This document shows positions 23,683 to 35,751 of a stretch of DNA of 64,000 bases, piece after piece. Position 1 is the first letter of the stretch, and each line of letters opens with the position of its first letter. Position numbers and translations under genes: made by a program. The stretch spans positions 35,142 through 99,141 of the forward strand of contig CANKZR010000004.1 in NCBI GenBank assembly GCA_947488625.1, read 5' to 3'. Source of the DNA: an uncultured Sphingomonadaceae bacterium. GTDB lineage: Bacteria > Pseudomonadota > Alphaproteobacteria > Sphingomonadales > Sphingomonadaceae. The notes under the pieces were generated by a model. The model searched no databases. It was not told where the DNA came from and saw only the letters and a list, made by a program, of their open reading frames with translations.

Positions 23683-24960
23683 ATGAAAACACGCAAGGCA
23701 TCGCCGACACTGGCACTGGTGGTGATCGCATCGATTGCCACGGTCGGCTTTATCGACCGGATCGTCGTGAATGTGCTGGTGGAACCCGTGAAGGCCGAAT
23801 TCGACCTTTCCGACACGCAGGTTTCGCTGATGGCATGGGCCTTTGCGCTGCTGAACATCGTCGCAGGACTGGTGGTAGCGCGCATCGCCGAGCGTGTGCG
23901 ACGCCTGACGCTGATCTCCTTCGGCGCGATATTCTGGTCCGTCGCCACCGCGGCCTGCGGCTGGGCGGGGAGCTGGGTGCAGTTGCTGGTGGCGCGGATG
24001 GGCGTGGGACTTGGAGAAGCCATCGGGCTTCCGGGCAACCAGTCCGTGGTGGCTGACTACTTTCCCGCCAACCGGCGCGGCTTCGCCATCTCCTGCCTTC
24101 TCCTTTCCCCGCCCCTTGGCGCATTCATCGGCTTCGTCGGCGGGGGCTGGATCGCGCAGGAATTCGGCTGGCGGATGACCTTTCTGATCGCTGCGATACC
24201 GGGGCTGGTAATGGGGTTCGTGGCGTGGTTCTTCATTGCCGAGCCCAAGCGCGGACAGCACGATCCCGGCGCCAGCGAGGATGTGCCCCCGATCTCCGCG
24301 GTGTTTGCGCGCCTGTTCCGCCTGCCCAGCACGCGCAATCTGGTGATCGGATCGGCACTGGCGGCGATGCTGGGTTTCGGCCTCAACTTCTTCTTCGCTT
24401 CCCTGATGGTCCGCGAATTCGGCGTCGGGCTGGCGGAGGCGGGGCTTTACGCTGGCGTGATCGCCAGCCTGCCCGCGGCGCTATCGGTGGTGGGCAGCGG
24501 CTGGCTGGGCGACAGGCTTGGCGCGAAAAACCCGCGCGCCTACGCACTCATCCCCGCAGTCTCGCTGGCGATCGGCGCGCCGCTCTATGCCTTTGCCATC
24601 ACGCGCACGGACTTGTCGCAATTGCTGGGTCTGGTCAGCATCGCGACGTTCCTCAATTTCGGCTTTCTAGGGATCACCTACGCCACTTTGCAGAACCTGA
24701 TGCACCCCCGAATGCGCGCGACAGCGGCGGCGATACTCAACGGCGTTTACGGCGTAGCGGGCGGGCTTGGCCCTTCGCTGCTGGGCCTGCTTAGCGATGG
24801 GCTTTCGACAGAATATGGCGCAGCGCGGGGCCTCGCGATCGCCATGGGCATAAGCGGTCTTGGCTATCTCTGGGCGTCGGCACATTACTTCATGGCGGCG
24901 CGGCGGCTGCCTGCCGATATGGATAGCGTCAGAACGCCCGAGCACCTGCGCAAAACCTGA
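23683..24960 (+). CDS. MFS transporter (spinster-like)
   Basis: FIDRIVVNVL, ARMGVGLGEAIGLP and DYFPANRRGFA motifs; about 12 TM segments. Confidence 0.88.
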   Translation: MKTRKASPTLALVVIASIATVGFIDRIVVNVLVEPVKAEFDLSDTQVSLMAWAFALLNIVAGLVVARIAERVRRLTLISFGAIFWSVATAACGWAGSWVQLLVARMGVGLGEAIGLPGNQSVVADYFPANRRGFAISCLLLSPPLGAFIGFVGGGWIAQEFGWRMTFLIAAIPGLVMGFVAWFFIAEPKRGQHDPGASEDVPPISAVFARLFRLPSTRNLVIGSALAAMLGFGLNFFFASLMVREFGVGLAEAGLYAGVIASLPAALSVVGSGWLGDRLGAKNPRAYALIPAVSLAIGAPLYAFAITRTDLSQLLGLVSIATFLNFGFLGITYATLQNLMHPRMRATAAAILNGVYGVAGGLGPSLLGLLSDGLSTEYGAARGLAIAMGISGLGYLWASAHYFMAARRLPADMDSVRTPEHLRKT

Positions 24961-25038
24961 TCGCAAACAGGGCGCGACGTCAGGTCGATAGGCGGATGGC
25001 GCGGCCTGATGCCGCCCGGGCCGCCATCACACCGGATC

Positions 25039-26259
25039 TCAGGTAAGCGCTGCCTTCAGATCTTCTGCCAGATTTGTGCGCTCCCATGGGAACAGATCCC
25101 CCTCGGCCTTGCGACCAAAATGGCCGTAGGCTGCGCTGGTCTGGTAGATCGGCTTGTTGAGGCCAAGATAGGTGCGAATGCCGCGCGGGGTCAGCCCGCC
25201 CAGCTTCTCGATACCGCGAATGGCATCCTCGATCGCGTCGTCGGCAACGGTGCCCGTGCCATGGGTATCGACATAGAGCGACAACGGCTCCGACACGCCG
25301 ATGGCATAGGCGATCTGGATTGTGCAACGCGTGGCGAGGCCGGCGGCAACCACGTTCTTCGCCAGGTGGCGGGTGATGTATGCAGCAGAACGGTCCACCT
25401 TGGTGGGGTCCTTGCCGCTGAATGCGCCGCCGCCATGCGGAGCGGCACCGCCGTAGGTGTCGACGATGATCTTGCGCCCGGTCAATCCGGCATCGCCATC
25501 GGGTCCGCCGATCACGAACTTGCCCGTGGGGTTGATGTGCCAGGCGGTATCGTCCGACAGGAAACCGTCGGGCAGGATCTTGCCGACCACGCCCTTCACA
25601 TATTCGTGCAGCTCGGCTTCCTTGTCGCCTTCGTCATACCCTTCGGCATGCTGGGTGGAGACGACAACTGCCGTGCAGGCCACGGGCTTGCCGTTTTCGT
25701 AGCGCAGCGTCACCTGGCTCTTGCTGTCCGGTTCCAGGAACGGCGCGGTCCCGTTCTTGCGATCGGAAGCCATGCGTTCCAGGATCTTGTGGCTGTAATC
25801 GATAGGCGCGGGCATCAGGTCGGGCGTCTCGTTGCAGGCAAAGCCGAACATGATGCCCTGGTCGCCAGCGCCTTCATCCTTGTTGGAGCCGTCGCTGCCT
25901 GCATCCACGCCCTGCGCAATATCCGCGCTTTGCGGGTGGAGGTGATTGACGAAGGTCAGGTCGCCCCAGTGAAAGCCGGACTGCTCGTAGCCAATGGCCT
26001 TTACAGTCTCGCGCACGGCCTTCTCGATCTGGGCCTTGGCGCCGATTTCCCAGTTGCCGTCGGCGTCGATCATGCCCTTCCCGCGAACTTCACCGGCCAG
26101 CACTACGTTGTTAGTGGTGGTAAGCGTTTCACATGCCACGCGCGCTTCAGGATCCTTCGACAGGAAAAGGTCGACCACGGCATCGGAAATCTGGTCGGAA
26201 ACCTTGTCGGGATGGCCTTCGGAAACGCTTTCGGAGGTGAACAGGTAGGATTGGCGCAT
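25039..26259 (-). CDS. metK: S-adenosylmethionine synthetase
   Basis: [35 protein letters not shown]; start at MRQSYLF. Confidence 0.98.
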   Translation of the reverse strand: MRQSYLFTSESVSEGHPDKVSDQISDAVVDLFLSKDPEARVACETLTTTNNVVLAGEVRGKGMIDADGNWEIGAKAQIEKAVRETVKAIGYEQSGFHWGDLTFVNHLHPQSADIAQGVDAGSDGSNKDEGAGDQGIMFGFACNETPDLMPAPIDYSHKILERMASDRKNGTAPFLEPDSKSQVTLRYENGKPVACTAVVVSTQHAEGYDEGDKEAELHEYVKGVVGKILPDGFLSDDTAWHINPTGKFVIGGPDGDAGLTGRKIIVDTYGGAAPHGGGAFSGKDPTKVDRSAAYITRHLAKNVVAAGLATRCTIQIAYAIGVSEPLSLYVDTHGTGTVADDAIEDAIRGIEKLGGLTPRGIRTYLGLNKPIYQTSAAYGHFGRKAEGDLFPWERTNLAEDLKAALT

Positions 26260-26308
26260 GTTGGAGATTGCCTTCTCTTTGGGAAATCGACTGGTCTGAC
26301 GGGCGGCC

Positions 26309-27901
26309 CTAGCTGGCCTGCCGACGCATGGCAATAAACCCAGCGAGCATGAATACAAGCGACCACGCAAGAGGAAGCAGGTTCCCGATACGGGCGAAAA
26401 GCGTCGGCTCCCTCGCGGGCGGAACGACGGTATCGATCCGGTCCTGCACGTGTCGGCCAAGATGCTGTCGCACGACGCCACGCGCGTCGATCACGGCGCT
26501 GATGCCGGTAGTTGTGGCGCGCAGCACGGGCAGGCCCTCTTCTATCGCCCGCATGCGTGCCTGCGCCAGGTGCTGCGGCGGGCCGAAGGCACCGAACCAG
26601 CCATCGTTCGAGGGATTGAAAATGTAATCGGGCCGGTCTCGCGGATCGACCACTTCGCCAGAGAAAACGATCTCGTAGCAGATCTGCACGCCCGCCCTGC
26701 CATGTTCGCCAAGGTCAAGCGTACGCGGGCCGGGGCCGGGCCAGAAGTCGATGGAGCCTGCCACCAGTCGCGACAGGCCCAGCGGCTCCAGCCATTCGCG
26801 CATCGGCAGGTATTCGCCGTACGGCACCAGGTGCGCCTTGGCATAACCGCCCAGCAGTTCGCCGTTTTCATCCACTGCAGTTACGGCATTGCGCGCGCCT
26901 GCCGCACGCAGCCAACCACTCTCGTCTGCTTCGATTTCAAGGTCAACAGCGCCGGTCAGCAGCACGCTGCCCTCCCCCACGCTCGCTCCCAGGCGGCGGC
27001 GAGCATAGGCGGGGCTACCAAGCGCCGTGGTCCGATCGTAATAGCGCTGCGGATAGCCTTCGCGCAGGTAATCCACCATGCCGCTTTCGGGCCAGAGCAC
27101 GATGCGCGGCGCATCACTGTCATCGAGGCGAGGTGACAGCCTGGCCAGGCGACCGAAGTTGGCTTCGTAGAATTGCGGGTTGGACAACGTGGGCTGACGG
27201 ATATCGGGCTGGGCGATGGTGACCAGCAACTTACCCTGCCCCGCCTCGCCTGCCGGCCAATACATGCCTGCCACCAGCAACACGGCGGTTGCACCGCCCG
27301 CCAGCCAGTTGCGTTCGCGCGCCAGCAGCACCAGCGCGCAGCCAAGCGTGACGGCCAGACCAGAAAGCGCATAGGTGCCCAGGACAGGCGACAGTGCAGC
27401 CAGGCCGGGGCGATCGAACGGGCCAAGCAAGACCATGCCGAACGGGTTCCAAGCATAGCCTGTGAACACCCAGCCGCGCATCCACTCGGTCACGATCCAC
27501 GCGCCACCGAACACGAGGGCAAAGCCCCAGCTCGAGCCGGTCTTCACGATAATGCGAGCCACCATCGCCGCCAGTGCGGGATAGACGGCGAGGTAGAGCG
27601 CCAGCAGGGGCACGGCGATCCAGCCCAGCATTGCGGGCATTTCAGCCTGGTAGGTAAAAGCCGTGGCGATCCAGTTGTTGCCAAGCGTGAAATGCGCCAC
27701 GCCGAACAGCCAGCCAAGCTGGAAGGCCCGCACCCAGCTTCTTGCGCGCGCAGCCAGCAGGGCAAATAGGCCGACGGCCAGCAAGGCAATCGGCCAAAGC
27801 CCCAACGGCTGAAACCCGAGGGCAGACAACAGGCCCAGCGCCAGCGCGGCTATGCGCGGGTGCGCATCAATTTTGCGAAAAAGGGAAAGCCCGCTGGCCA
27901 T
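26309..27901 (-). CDS. lnt: Apolipoprotein N-acyltransferase
   Basis: [14 protein letters not shown] and QICYE nitrilase triad motifs; start codon uncertain. Confidence 0.95.
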   Translation of the reverse strand: MASGLSLFRKIDAHPRIAALALGLLSALGFQPLGLWPIALLAVGLFALLAARARSWVRAFQLGWLFGVAHFTLGNNWIATAFTYQAEMPAMLGWIAVPLLALYLAVYPALAAMVARIIVKTGSSWGFALVFGGAWIVTEWMRGWVFTGYAWNPFGMVLLGPFDRPGLAALSPVLGTYALSGLAVTLGCALVLLARERNWLAGGATAVLLVAGMYWPAGEAGQGKLLVTIAQPDIRQPTLSNPQFYEANFGRLARLSPRLDDSDAPRIVLWPESGMVDYLREGYPQRYYDRTTALGSPAYARRRLGASVGEGSVLLTGAVDLEIEADESGWLRAAGARNAVTAVDENGELLGGYAKAHLVPYGEYLPMREWLEPLGLSRLVAGSIDFWPGPGPRTLDLGEHGRAGVQICYEIVFSGEVVDPRDRPDYIFNPSNDGWFGAFGPPQHLAQARMRAIEEGLPVLRATTTGISAVIDARGVVRQHLGRHVQDRIDTVVPPAREPTLFARIGNLLPLAWSLVFMLAGFIAMRRQAS

Positions 27902-27945
27902 CGCTGCCTGGTCCTGCCGAGCCGGTCTTGCCTTTACCCTGCTTG

Positions 27946-28692
27946 TCAGCTGACGGCTTCGAGCGCCTCTCCGCCATCATCCTCGTCCGACTTCTTGCGG
28001 CGCGATCGGGCGGCAGGTTTGCGCTTGGGCTTTGCATCCTCGTCCTCCGAGGCGCGCGCGATGGCAGGCGGCAGCATGTTCGGATCGAGGCTGCCGTCGT
28101 CGTTCACCTGGTCATCCGCGTCCTTGCGCTTGCGGGCGGCAGGCTTGCGTGCAGGCGCCTTGCGAGGCTTCCTTGGCTTTTCGTCACCGGCATCGCGGGT
28201 GAAGGGATTCTCGTCATCCTCCTGGTCGCCAGAGGTGCCTTCGACGCCTTCTTCGAAATCGTCATCGTTGTCGCGACGATTACGCGGGTTCGAGCGACGC
28301 GAGCGACCACGATCGTTCCGATCATTGCGGTCGCCGCGATCGCTACGCTCATTGCGATCGTCATCATCGTTATCGTCGTCGTCGTCGGAATTGTCGGACC
28401 CGCGCTCGGCATTGCGCCGGGCCTGGGCCTCTTCCTTCTGCGCCTTGTTATCGGCGAGAACGCGGAAATAGTGATCCGCGAACTGAAGGTAATATTCGGT
28501 CTGGACCCGGTCGTCGTTCAGCTGCGCTTCGCTCGCCAGCTTCTTGTACTTTTCCAGCATCTGCGGGGCATTGCCACGCGCGCGGGAATCGATCCGGTTG
28601 TTGGACAGGTTGCCACCGCCACCGCCTCCGCTACGGTTGTTGTTATTGTTACCGCGGCCGCGACGACGATTGTTGTTCCGATTGCTATTCAA
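27946..28692 (-). CDS. DUF4167 domain protein
   Basis: RARGNAPQMLEKYKKLA.EAQ..DDRV..EYYLQFADHYFRVL followed by an acidic disordered tail. Confidence 0.9.
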   Translation of the reverse strand: MNSNRNNNRRRGRGNNNNNRSGGGGGGNLSNNRIDSRARGNAPQMLEKYKKLASEAQLNDDRVQTEYYLQFADHYFRVLADNKAQKEEAQARRNAERGSDNSDDDDDNDDDDRNERSDRGDRNDRNDRGRSRRSNPRNRRDNDDDFEEGVEGTSGDQEDDENPFTRDAGDEKPRKPRKAPARKPAARKRKDADDQVNDDGSLDPNMLPPAIARASEDEDAKPKRKPAARSRRKKSDEDDGGEALEAVS

Positions 28693-28898
28693 GGGCTATT
28701 CGCTTCCTCAAGTCTGGCTGCGGACAAAGCCGTCTCGCCATTTGATCCCTCGTGAATACAGCATGCCACGAGGCATTCCTTATCCCTTACATCTGCCCTA
28801 TTCGTATTCTGATCAGTCGCGCTGCGGCCGTATCGCCGCTGAGCTGGCAAATGTTGGGGTTCGGTCCAGCGCCTTGCGCCGTGGACCTGTTGTTAGAG

Positions 28899-29756
28899 TT
28901 AGCCACTCGATTCGTCTTTGCCAAGCCTTAATCGCAGTAAAAGCGCTCTGTCGCGCTGGCCCAGGTCCTTGTGTGCGGTTGCGGCAAAGCCATGTACGTA
29001 CGCGATTTGCGCGACTTGTTCGGCCTGTGTCGCCCCGATTTCGAGTACGGCGGCCCCGCTTTTCGTCAACAGTTGCGGCAACCGGGGGATCAGTATCTTG
29101 TAGTCGTCAAGACCGTCCGGGCCTGCAAAAAGCGCGCTCGCGGGTTCGTAATCGCGCACATCGGGGTCGAGCTCGGCATCGCTTTCGACATAGGGCGGAT
29201 TGGCGATGACGAGGTCGAACTGGCCAAGATCGTCGGCCCAGCCGGGTGTCGTCCAGTCAGCAAGGCGGATGTTCGCCCTGTCAGATAGGCCAAGGCTGGC
29301 GGCGTTCTTGCGCGCCACTTCCAACGAGCTCGCCGACGCATCTATGCCAACGCCTTCCGCTTCCGGCAGTTCGGCCAACAGGGTAAGCAGCAGCGCGCCC
29401 GATCCCGTCCCGCAATCCAGTATACGCCGCGCATCAGGTGCCGCGTTCAATGCGGTCTGGACTACGCACTCGCTATCGGCGCGAGGGACAAGGACATCGG
29501 GCGTTACGGCAAATGGCCGCCCGTAAAATTCCTGGAAGCCGCAGATATAGGCAATGGGTTCTCGCGCTGCGCGGCGCTCTATCAACGGGGCGAAACCAGC
29601 GGGGGTAGTGTCCTGCATATGTCGCAGAAGGACGTCGGAACGCGCAACACCAAGCGCATGGGCCATCAGCAATTCGGCATCCAGCCGCGCGGTGTCGCTG
29701 GTGGCAGAGAGACGCAAGGCTGCCTCGCGAATGGCACTCGCTACCGTGTCAGCCAT
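28899..29756 (-). CDS. prmC: Release factor glutamine methyltransferase
   Basis: [10 protein letters not shown] and NPPY motifs; follows prfA. Confidence 0.95.
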   Translation of the reverse strand: MADTVASAIREAALRLSATSDTARLDAELLMAHALGVARSDVLLRHMQDTTPAGFAPLIERRAAREPIAYICGFQEFYGRPFAVTPDVLVPRADSECVVQTALNAAPDARRILDCGTGSGALLLTLLAELPEAEGVGIDASASSLEVARKNAASLGLSDRANIRLADWTTPGWADDLGQFDLVIANPPYVESDAELDPDVRDYEPASALFAGPDGLDDYKILIPRLPQLLTKSGAAVLEIGATQAEQVAQIAYVHGFAATAHKDLGQRDRALLLRLRLGKDESSG

Positions 29757-30816
29757 CCATCGCGGAGAGGCGCTTGGCCTCGTCCTCCGCGATCAGGGCG
29801 TCGACCATTTCGCCAAGGCCGGTGCCTTCCAGCACTTCGGGCAGCTTGTGCAGCGTCAGCCCGATGCGGTGATCGGTCACGCGGCCTTGCGGGAAATTGT
29901 AGGTACGGATGCGTTCGGAACGGTCGCCGCTGCCCACCATCGCCTTGCGCGCCTCGGCCTCCGCCCCTTGCGCCTCGTCGCGGGTCTTTTCGTATAATCG
30001 CGCGCGCAGCACCTGCATCGCCTTCTCGCGGTTCTTGTGCTGGCTGCGCCCGTCCTGGCAGGTGACGACGAGGCCGGAGGGCTCATGCGTGATGCGGATC
30101 GCGCTGTCGGTGGTGTTCACGTGCTGGCCACCCGCCCCGCTGGCGCGGTAGGTGTCCACCTTGAGGTCGGTCGGGTCGATATGGATGTCCACCTCATCCG
30201 GCTCTGGCAGCACGGCGACGGTTGCGGCACTGGTGTGGATGCGCCCGCCGCTCTCGGTAACGGGCACGCGCTGCACACGGTGCACGCCGCTTTCGAACTT
30301 CAGCTTGGCGAACACGCCCGTGCCCTTGATATTGGCCACCACTTCCTTGAACCCGCCGACTTCGGCCGTGTTCATGCTGACAGGCTCCACCTTCCAGCCC
30401 TGCTCCGCGGCGTATTTCTCGTACATACGATAGAGATCGCCCGCGAACAGCGCGGCCTCGTCCCCGCCGGTGCCCGCGCGGATTTCCAGCATGGCGGGGC
30501 GCGCATCGGCGCTGTCGCGCGGCAGCATGGCGAGGGAGAGCTTGCGCTCGGCCTCGGGCAGTTGCTTGCGGAGCGTTTCAAGCTCCTCCTCCGCCATCGC
30601 CTTCATTTCGGGGTCGGATAGCATGTCCTCCAGCCCCTCGATTTCCTCACGCATGGCGGAAACTTCGGCAGCGATCTGCGCGACAGGCTCAAGTTCGGAA
30701 TAGTCGCGACTGGCCTGGACGAATTCGTCGCCCTCTAGCTGGCCAGACGCCATGCGCGCCTCAAGCTCGGCAAAGCGGTTCGCGATCTGGCGCAGGCGTT
30801 CGGCTGGGATGGTCAA
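29749..30816 (-). CDS. prfA: Peptide chain release factor 1
   Basis: PVT anticodon motif ([14 protein letters not shown]) and GGQ motif. Confidence 0.98.
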   Translation of the reverse strand: MTIPAERLRQIANRFAELEARMASGQLEGDEFVQASRDYSELEPVAQIAAEVSAMREEIEGLEDMLSDPEMKAMAEEELETLRKQLPEAERKLSLAMLPRDSADARPAMLEIRAGTGGDEAALFAGDLYRMYEKYAAEQGWKVEPVSMNTAEVGGFKEVVANIKGTGVFAKLKFESGVHRVQRVPVTESGGRIHTSAATVAVLPEPDEVDIHIDPTDLKVDTYRASGAGGQHVNTTDSAIRITHEPSGLVVTCQDGRSQHKNREKAMQVLRARLYEKTRDEAQGAEAEARKAMVGSGDRSERIRTYNFPQGRVTDHRIGLTLHKLPEVLEGTGLGEMVDALIAEDEAKRLSAMDG

Positions 30817-32057
30817 TTTAGGCGATCCAAAATTTCAGCCAGACGCGGATCGATATTTCCATCAGCGCTTAGGCCGTGACCATCGGATGAACACTTGAAG
30901 ATAGCTTCAGCCCCTCGTTTCACAGCCTTATCGTATCGCTTGCGAGGCGAGCCCGTGGCTACCATTTCTGCAACAAAGCCTTCATCGCGTAAGGTGCTGA
31001 GCACAAACCAAGCGTGCGATTGGGCATTTGGCGTATCATCCTCGACCACGACGATCACATCCGCAGGCGCTTCAACCCTTTCACCAACCAGCATCGCCAG
31101 CCGCTCGATCCCCGCGGCCCAGCCGACCGCAGGCGTAGGCGCACCACCCAGGCTTTCCATCAACCCGTCGTAGCGCCCACCGCCGAGGATAGTGCTCTGG
31201 CTGCCCAGCGCATCCGCCGCTGCCGAACCCTCGTCGGGAATGAACTCGAACGCCGTGTGGCGATAATAGTCGAGGCCGCGCACGAGGCTTTCGGCCCGCA
31301 TCCACTTCACGCCCGCTGCATCCAGCCCGCTGGTCACGGCATCGAAGAAGGCAGTTGCCTCGTCCGACAGGAATGCGTCGATCTTGGGCGCATCGGCCAC
31401 GAATTTCCGGTCGCGGTGATCCTTGCTGTCGAGAATGCGCAGCGGGTTCTTTTCAAGACGCTCCTGCGAATCTTCGGAGAGTTTGCCCTTCACCGCGCTG
31501 AAATACTCTACCAGCGCCGCGCGCCATGCCTCGCGGCTGTCGCCATCGCCCAGCGTGTTAAGGTGCAGGGTCACGCCCTCGATGCCCAGTTCCTTCAGCA
31601 ACTGGTCGGCCATGGCCAGCAGTTCCACGTCCGCCTGCGGTTCGGCGGCGCCGATGATCTCGGCATCGATCTGGTGGAACTGGCGATAGCGGCCCTTCTG
31701 CGGGCGCTCGTACCGGAACAGCGGGCCGTGCGTGCCCACCTTCAGCGGCGCGTGCTGCTGCCAGCCGTTGGTGAGATAGGCGCGGGCGATGCCAGCGGTG
31801 AATTCCGGGCGCAGCGTCAGCGATTCCTGCCCACGATCCTCGAAGGAATACATCTCTTTCGACACCACATCGGTGGTTTCACCGATCGCGCGGCTGAACA
31901 CCTCGGTCTTTTCGAACACCGGCATTTCCACCCGGCGGAAACGGTACAGCTTGCGCACCCGCTCGAACGTCTCGACGACGAAGGCGAAAGCCTCCGCCTG
32001 CGCGCCGAAAATGTCCTGCGTGCCTCTGATAGCCTGGGGCGTTTTGGTCTTGCTCAT
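30813..32057 (-). CDS. hisS: Histidine--tRNA ligase
   Basis: [29 protein letters not shown] and GGGRYDGL motifs. Confidence 0.97.
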   Translation of the reverse strand: MSKTKTPQAIRGTQDIFGAQAEAFAFVVETFERVRKLYRFRRVEMPVFEKTEVFSRAIGETTDVVSKEMYSFEDRGQESLTLRPEFTAGIARAYLTNGWQQHAPLKVGTHGPLFRYERPQKGRYRQFHQIDAEIIGAAEPQADVELLAMADQLLKELGIEGVTLHLNTLGDGDSREAWRAALVEYFSAVKGKLSEDSQERLEKNPLRILDSKDHRDRKFVADAPKIDAFLSDEATAFFDAVTSGLDAAGVKWMRAESLVRGLDYYRHTAFEFIPDEGSAAADALGSQSTILGGGRYDGLMESLGGAPTPAVGWAAGIERLAMLVGERVEAPADVIVVVEDDTPNAQSHAWFVLSTLRDEGFVAEMVATGSPRKRYDKAVKRGAEAIFKCSSDGHGLSADGNIDPRLAEILDRLN

Positions 32058-32254
32058 GGGAGGAGGCCTTTAGGGGGCGCGTCAATTCCCCGCAACATTT
32101 CCCCGCACCTCCTGTCGGGACGAGTGGCAGCGCAGGGGCGATTCAATTACAGCGCGGCCTTTTCTTTCCCAAATTGCGCGGCTAGGTGCCCGCCAAGATT
32201 CAACAAGGGCCCGGGTTGGGGAGAGCAACGGCGCCCGCATGACAAGGTAGAGCA

Positions 32255-32797
32255 ATGCGCATCGAACATATCCCGGTTGGCGACAGTCCTCCCGATAGCC
32301 TTAACGTCGTCATCGAGGTGCCCACCGGCGGCGAACCGGTGAAGTATGAATTCGACAAGGCCAGCGGCGCTTTGTTCGTGGATCGCATCCTGCACACCCC
32401 CATGCGCTATCCCGCCAATTACGGCTTCGTGCCGCACACGCTTTCGCCCGATGGCGACCCGCTGGATGCGCTGGTGATTGCCCGCTCCCCCTTCATGGCC
32501 GGCTGCGTGGTGCGCGCGCGCCCTATCGGCGTGCTGAACCTGGAAGATGAGCACGGCGGTGACGAGAAACTGATCTGCGTACCGGTGGACACCACCTTCC
32601 CCTACTATTCGGATGTAGGCGAGACGAAGGACCTGCCATCGATCATCTTCCAGCAGATCGAACACTTCTTCACCCACTACAAGGATCTTGAAAAGGAGAA
32701 GTGGGTGCGCGTTGGCGAATGGGGCGACGCTGCCGAGGCGAAGCAGGTGACGATCGAGGCGATCGAGCGTTACGAGGCGAACAAGAAGAACGGTTAG
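32255..32797 (+). CDS. ppa: Inorganic pyrophosphatase (family I)
   Basis: YPANYGFVPHTLSPDGDPLD motif. Confidence 0.97.
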   Translation: MRIEHIPVGDSPPDSLNVVIEVPTGGEPVKYEFDKASGALFVDRILHTPMRYPANYGFVPHTLSPDGDPLDALVIARSPFMAGCVVRARPIGVLNLEDEHGGDEKLICVPVDTTFPYYSDVGETKDLPSIIFQQIEHFFTHYKDLEKEKWVRVGEWGDAAEAKQVTIEAIERYEANKKNG

Positions 32798-32892
32798 GGT
32801 TTGATTGTTTGTTTATCGAAGCCGCCTCCGCGGTTTCGAAAACAGACAATTCCCGTAAACCCGACGCTGCCTGACACTTCAACCCAAGCGTG

Positions 32893-34251
32893 TCACTCAA
32901 CCGGGCGCGCAGAATCCAGCAGGTCTTTCGCCTGTTCGGGATCGCTGGCGCGCTCCTCTTCCACCATGCGGGCGATCTCGTCTTCGGGACCCACATCTTC
33001 GTCCACGACCGTTCTTGCAGGACGGGGCGACGGTGTCGGGGCGGGTGCCTCTCGCTGCCTGGAAGTGACGCCCTCGCCAATATTCTCGAACGGCAAGGAG
33101 GCGGTGCGCTGGTCGAAGCGCAGGCGGTAGATCGGTTCGGGCAGGGCAAAACCGGCATCTTCCAGCGCCGTCTTGCAGGTGGCGATGGCGCGACTGCGGG
33201 CCTTGTGCCAATCGGTCTTTTCCTGGTCCACCCAGCCGAGGAAGCGCAGCACCACGTTGGAATCGCCAACCTGTGCGATGCGCACTTCGGGAGTGGGATT
33301 ATCCAGCACGAAGTCCAGCCCGGCCAGCGTATCGCGCCCAAGTCGACGCGCAGCCTCGGCATCGTCGTCCGCATCCACTCCCAGCTCGAATTCGAAGCGG
33401 CGCTGCGGATTGCGCGTGTAGTTTAGAATAACCGCCTTGAAGACGGTGGAATTTGGAATGCGCAGGTGGTTGCCGTCCAGCGTCATCAACACCGTGGCCC
33501 GACTGGTCAGCCGGATCACGCGGCCTTCATGCGCCTCGATAACGACATGATCGTTGGCGCGGAACGGCTGGCGCAGGCTCATCATCAGCGAGGCGACGTA
33601 GTTCTCTACCGTGTCGCGCATGGCAAAGCCCAGGGCTATGCCGATCACGCCCGCACCGCCCAGAACCGCGCCCATCAGCGCACCTGCACCGATCATGTCG
33701 AGCGCGATGACAATGCCCACCACGACGAAAATGAAACGGATCGCGCTGACGATCAGCTCCGCGAGGAAACCGTTAGGCGCAACGCGGCGCCAAAGTCCGC
33801 TTAAGGATGCGAGAAAGTAGCCGAACGCGGCGATCAGCAGGGCGACAAGCAGCGCTGCCCCCGCCAGCGGCACCATGCGGGTGAGTTGCTCCACCCGGTC
33901 GCCGAGACCGCCGATCCCTTCCTCGAAGTTGACCGAGACATCGCGTTCGATACCGTTTTCTACGGTGGCGACGCCCTCGACGCCGGTGGCGATTGCCTCG
34001 GCGCGGGCAGCGGCCTCGTCGTCAGGCGCGGTGCCGGACAGGATGACAACGCCTTCGCGCACGCTGACGTCCACCTGCGCCAGGCTGGGCACGTTGGCGA
34101 AAATATCCGCAAGCCGCTCCTCTATCCGCCCGTCGTCGCCGGCGGCCTGGTCCATTCCGATCGAGCCTGCCTCGGGCGCAGGCGTGGTCGCCTCCGCTGG
34201 TTCGGCAGCATCGGGCAGCAACGCCGCGGCGGGGGCCTGCGATGCCAGCAA
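32893..34251 (-). CDS. BON-domain MscS-family mechanosensitive channel
   Basis: Periplasmic BON (VSVREGVVILSG...GVATVEN) then MscS core (QPFRANDHV, HLRIPN). Confidence 0.85.
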   Translation of the reverse strand: MLASQAPAAALLPDAAEPAEATTPAPEAGSIGMDQAAGDDGRIEERLADIFANVPSLAQVDVSVREGVVILSGTAPDDEAAARAEAIATGVEGVATVENGIERDVSVNFEEGIGGLGDRVEQLTRMVPLAGAALLVALLIAAFGYFLASLSGLWRRVAPNGFLAELIVSAIRFIFVVVGIVIALDMIGAGALMGAVLGGAGVIGIALGFAMRDTVENYVASLMMSLRQPFRANDHVVIEAHEGRVIRLTSRATVLMTLDGNHLRIPNSTVFKAVILNYTRNPQRRFEFELGVDADDDAEAARRLGRDTLAGLDFVLDNPTPEVRIAQVGDSNVVLRFLGWVDQEKTDWHKARSRAIATCKTALEDAGFALPEPIYRLRFDQRTASLPFENIGEGVTSRQREAPAPTPSPRPARTVVDEDVGPEDEIARMVEEERASDPEQAKDLLDSARPVE

Positions 34252-34300
34252 TCCCAGCAGCAGCGCGGCGACAAGGCGGCGTAGATTCTTCAGGAAATTC

Positions 34301-34714
34301 TCAGAGCAGCGAAGCGACGGCCTTGAAGCCGAAGGTCAGCGCGGCGGGCAGGCCAAGGGCCGTTGCCCACATCAGCGCGACTTCACGCCTGAAATCCGGG
34401 GCCAGCGTCGGATTGGCGGCCTGCGCATCGGAAAGCTCACGCCAGCGCATCTCGAACCAGCGCGCCGCCGGAATAATCGCCGCCACCAGCACCACCAGTG
34501 CCATATAGGGCAGCAGCGAACCGTTGCCGGTCTTGAGCTCCTTCATCGTCAGGAAAATATGCAGGCCGGTATAGACCAGCAGGCCATAGGCGACATGATT
34601 GCTGATCTTGCGGCGCCAATCGAGCTTTTGTTCGGCTCCGGTGCGCGCGCTTTCGTGGCGCGCTCCCTGTTGTCGCACGCTGCGTATCCGCGATGTGTCG
34701 AGTGCCTTGTTCAT
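34301..34714 (-). CDS. Hypothetical membrane protein
   Basis: MNKALDT start; three TM segments. Confidence 0.65.
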   Translation of the reverse strand: MNKALDTSRIRSVRQQGARHESARTGAEQKLDWRRKISNHVAYGLLVYTGLHIFLTMKELKTGNGSLLPYMALVVLVAAIIPAARWFEMRWRELSDAQAANPTLAPDFRREVALMWATALGLPAALTFGFKAVASLL

Positions 34715-34897
34715 CAGGCTTTCCTCTCTCTTTTCCCGACTCGCAGGTATTTCACTTATCGCAGGTTCATGCAAGGTCGCTAACCCTGCGCTCATCCTAA
34801 AGTACCAATTCGCGCCGGATGCCATGCACGAAACTTGCCAAACACCCTTCAAAGCGTGCCCGTTCATGCTAGATGCCCCAGATGCAAAGGATTGGCC

Positions 34898-35713
34898 ATG
34901 AACGCGCTTGACGACGAATTTCTCGACGAGGAGGCACTTGCCGAGGCGATGGCCGAAGCGCCGTCCAACGCCGCGCCCGACCTGCCGGAAACCGGCGGCC
35001 TCGAAGTTGTCTCCATCGCCAAGAGCTATGACAAGAGAGCGGTCCTTTCCGATATATCGCTCACCGTGGCGAAGGGCGAGGTGCTGGGCCTGCTGGGTCC
35101 GAACGGCGCGGGCAAAACCACCTGCTTCTATTCGATCATGGGGCTGGTGAAGCCCGATAGCGGACGCATCCTGATGGATGGCGTGGACGTGACAAAGCTG
35201 CCCATGTATCGCCGCGCGATCCTGGGGCTGGGCTACCTGCCGCAGGAAACCAGCATCTTTCGCGGCATGACGGTGGAACAGAACATCCGCTGCGTGCTGG
35301 AAATGGTGGAGCCGGACAGGACCACCCGAGAAGCGGAGCTGGAACGATTGCTGGAGGAATTCCACATCACCCGCCTGCGCGACAGCGCCGCCATGGCGCT
35401 TTCAGGTGGTGAACGCCGCCGCTGCGAAATCGCCCGTGCACTGGCGGCGAAACCCTCCATCATGCTGCTGGACGAGCCGTTCGCCGGGATCGATCCGCTG
35501 TCGATCAGCGATATCCGCGATCTGGTGAAAGACCTGAAGCGGCGCGGCATCGGCGTACTGATCACCGATCACAACGTGCGCGAGACGCTCGATATCGTCG
35601 ATCGCGCCTGCATCATCTACGGCGGGCAGGTGCTGTTCGCCGGCAGCCCGCAGGAACTGGTGGCGGACGAGAACGTGCGCCGCCTGTATCTTGGCGAGGG
35701 CTTTGAATTGTGA
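34898..35713 (+). CDS. lptB: LPS export ABC ATPase LptB
   Basis: GPNGAGKTT, LSGGERRR and TDHNVRETL motifs; upstream of rpoN. Confidence 0.96.
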   Translation: MNALDDEFLDEEALAEAMAEAPSNAAPDLPETGGLEVVSIAKSYDKRAVLSDISLTVAKGEVLGLLGPNGAGKTTCFYSIMGLVKPDSGRILMDGVDVTKLPMYRRAILGLGYLPQETSIFRGMTVEQNIRCVLEMVEPDRTTREAELERLLEEFHITRLRDSAAMALSGGERRRCEIARALAAKPSIMLLDEPFAGIDPLSISDIRDLVKDLKRRGIGVLITDHNVRETLDIVDRACIIYGGQVLFAGSPQELVADENVRRLYLGEGFEL

Positions 35714-35751
35714 TGCCTTTCCGGCAATGATCTGCGGATGGGGGGTCTGAT

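Noticed and set aside
30813-31080. AT-richer, divergent hisS C-terminus as a recombination scar
   Set aside because: The ORF is intact and coupled to prfA; the anticodon-binding tail is naturally variable, and there is no repeat or att evidence.
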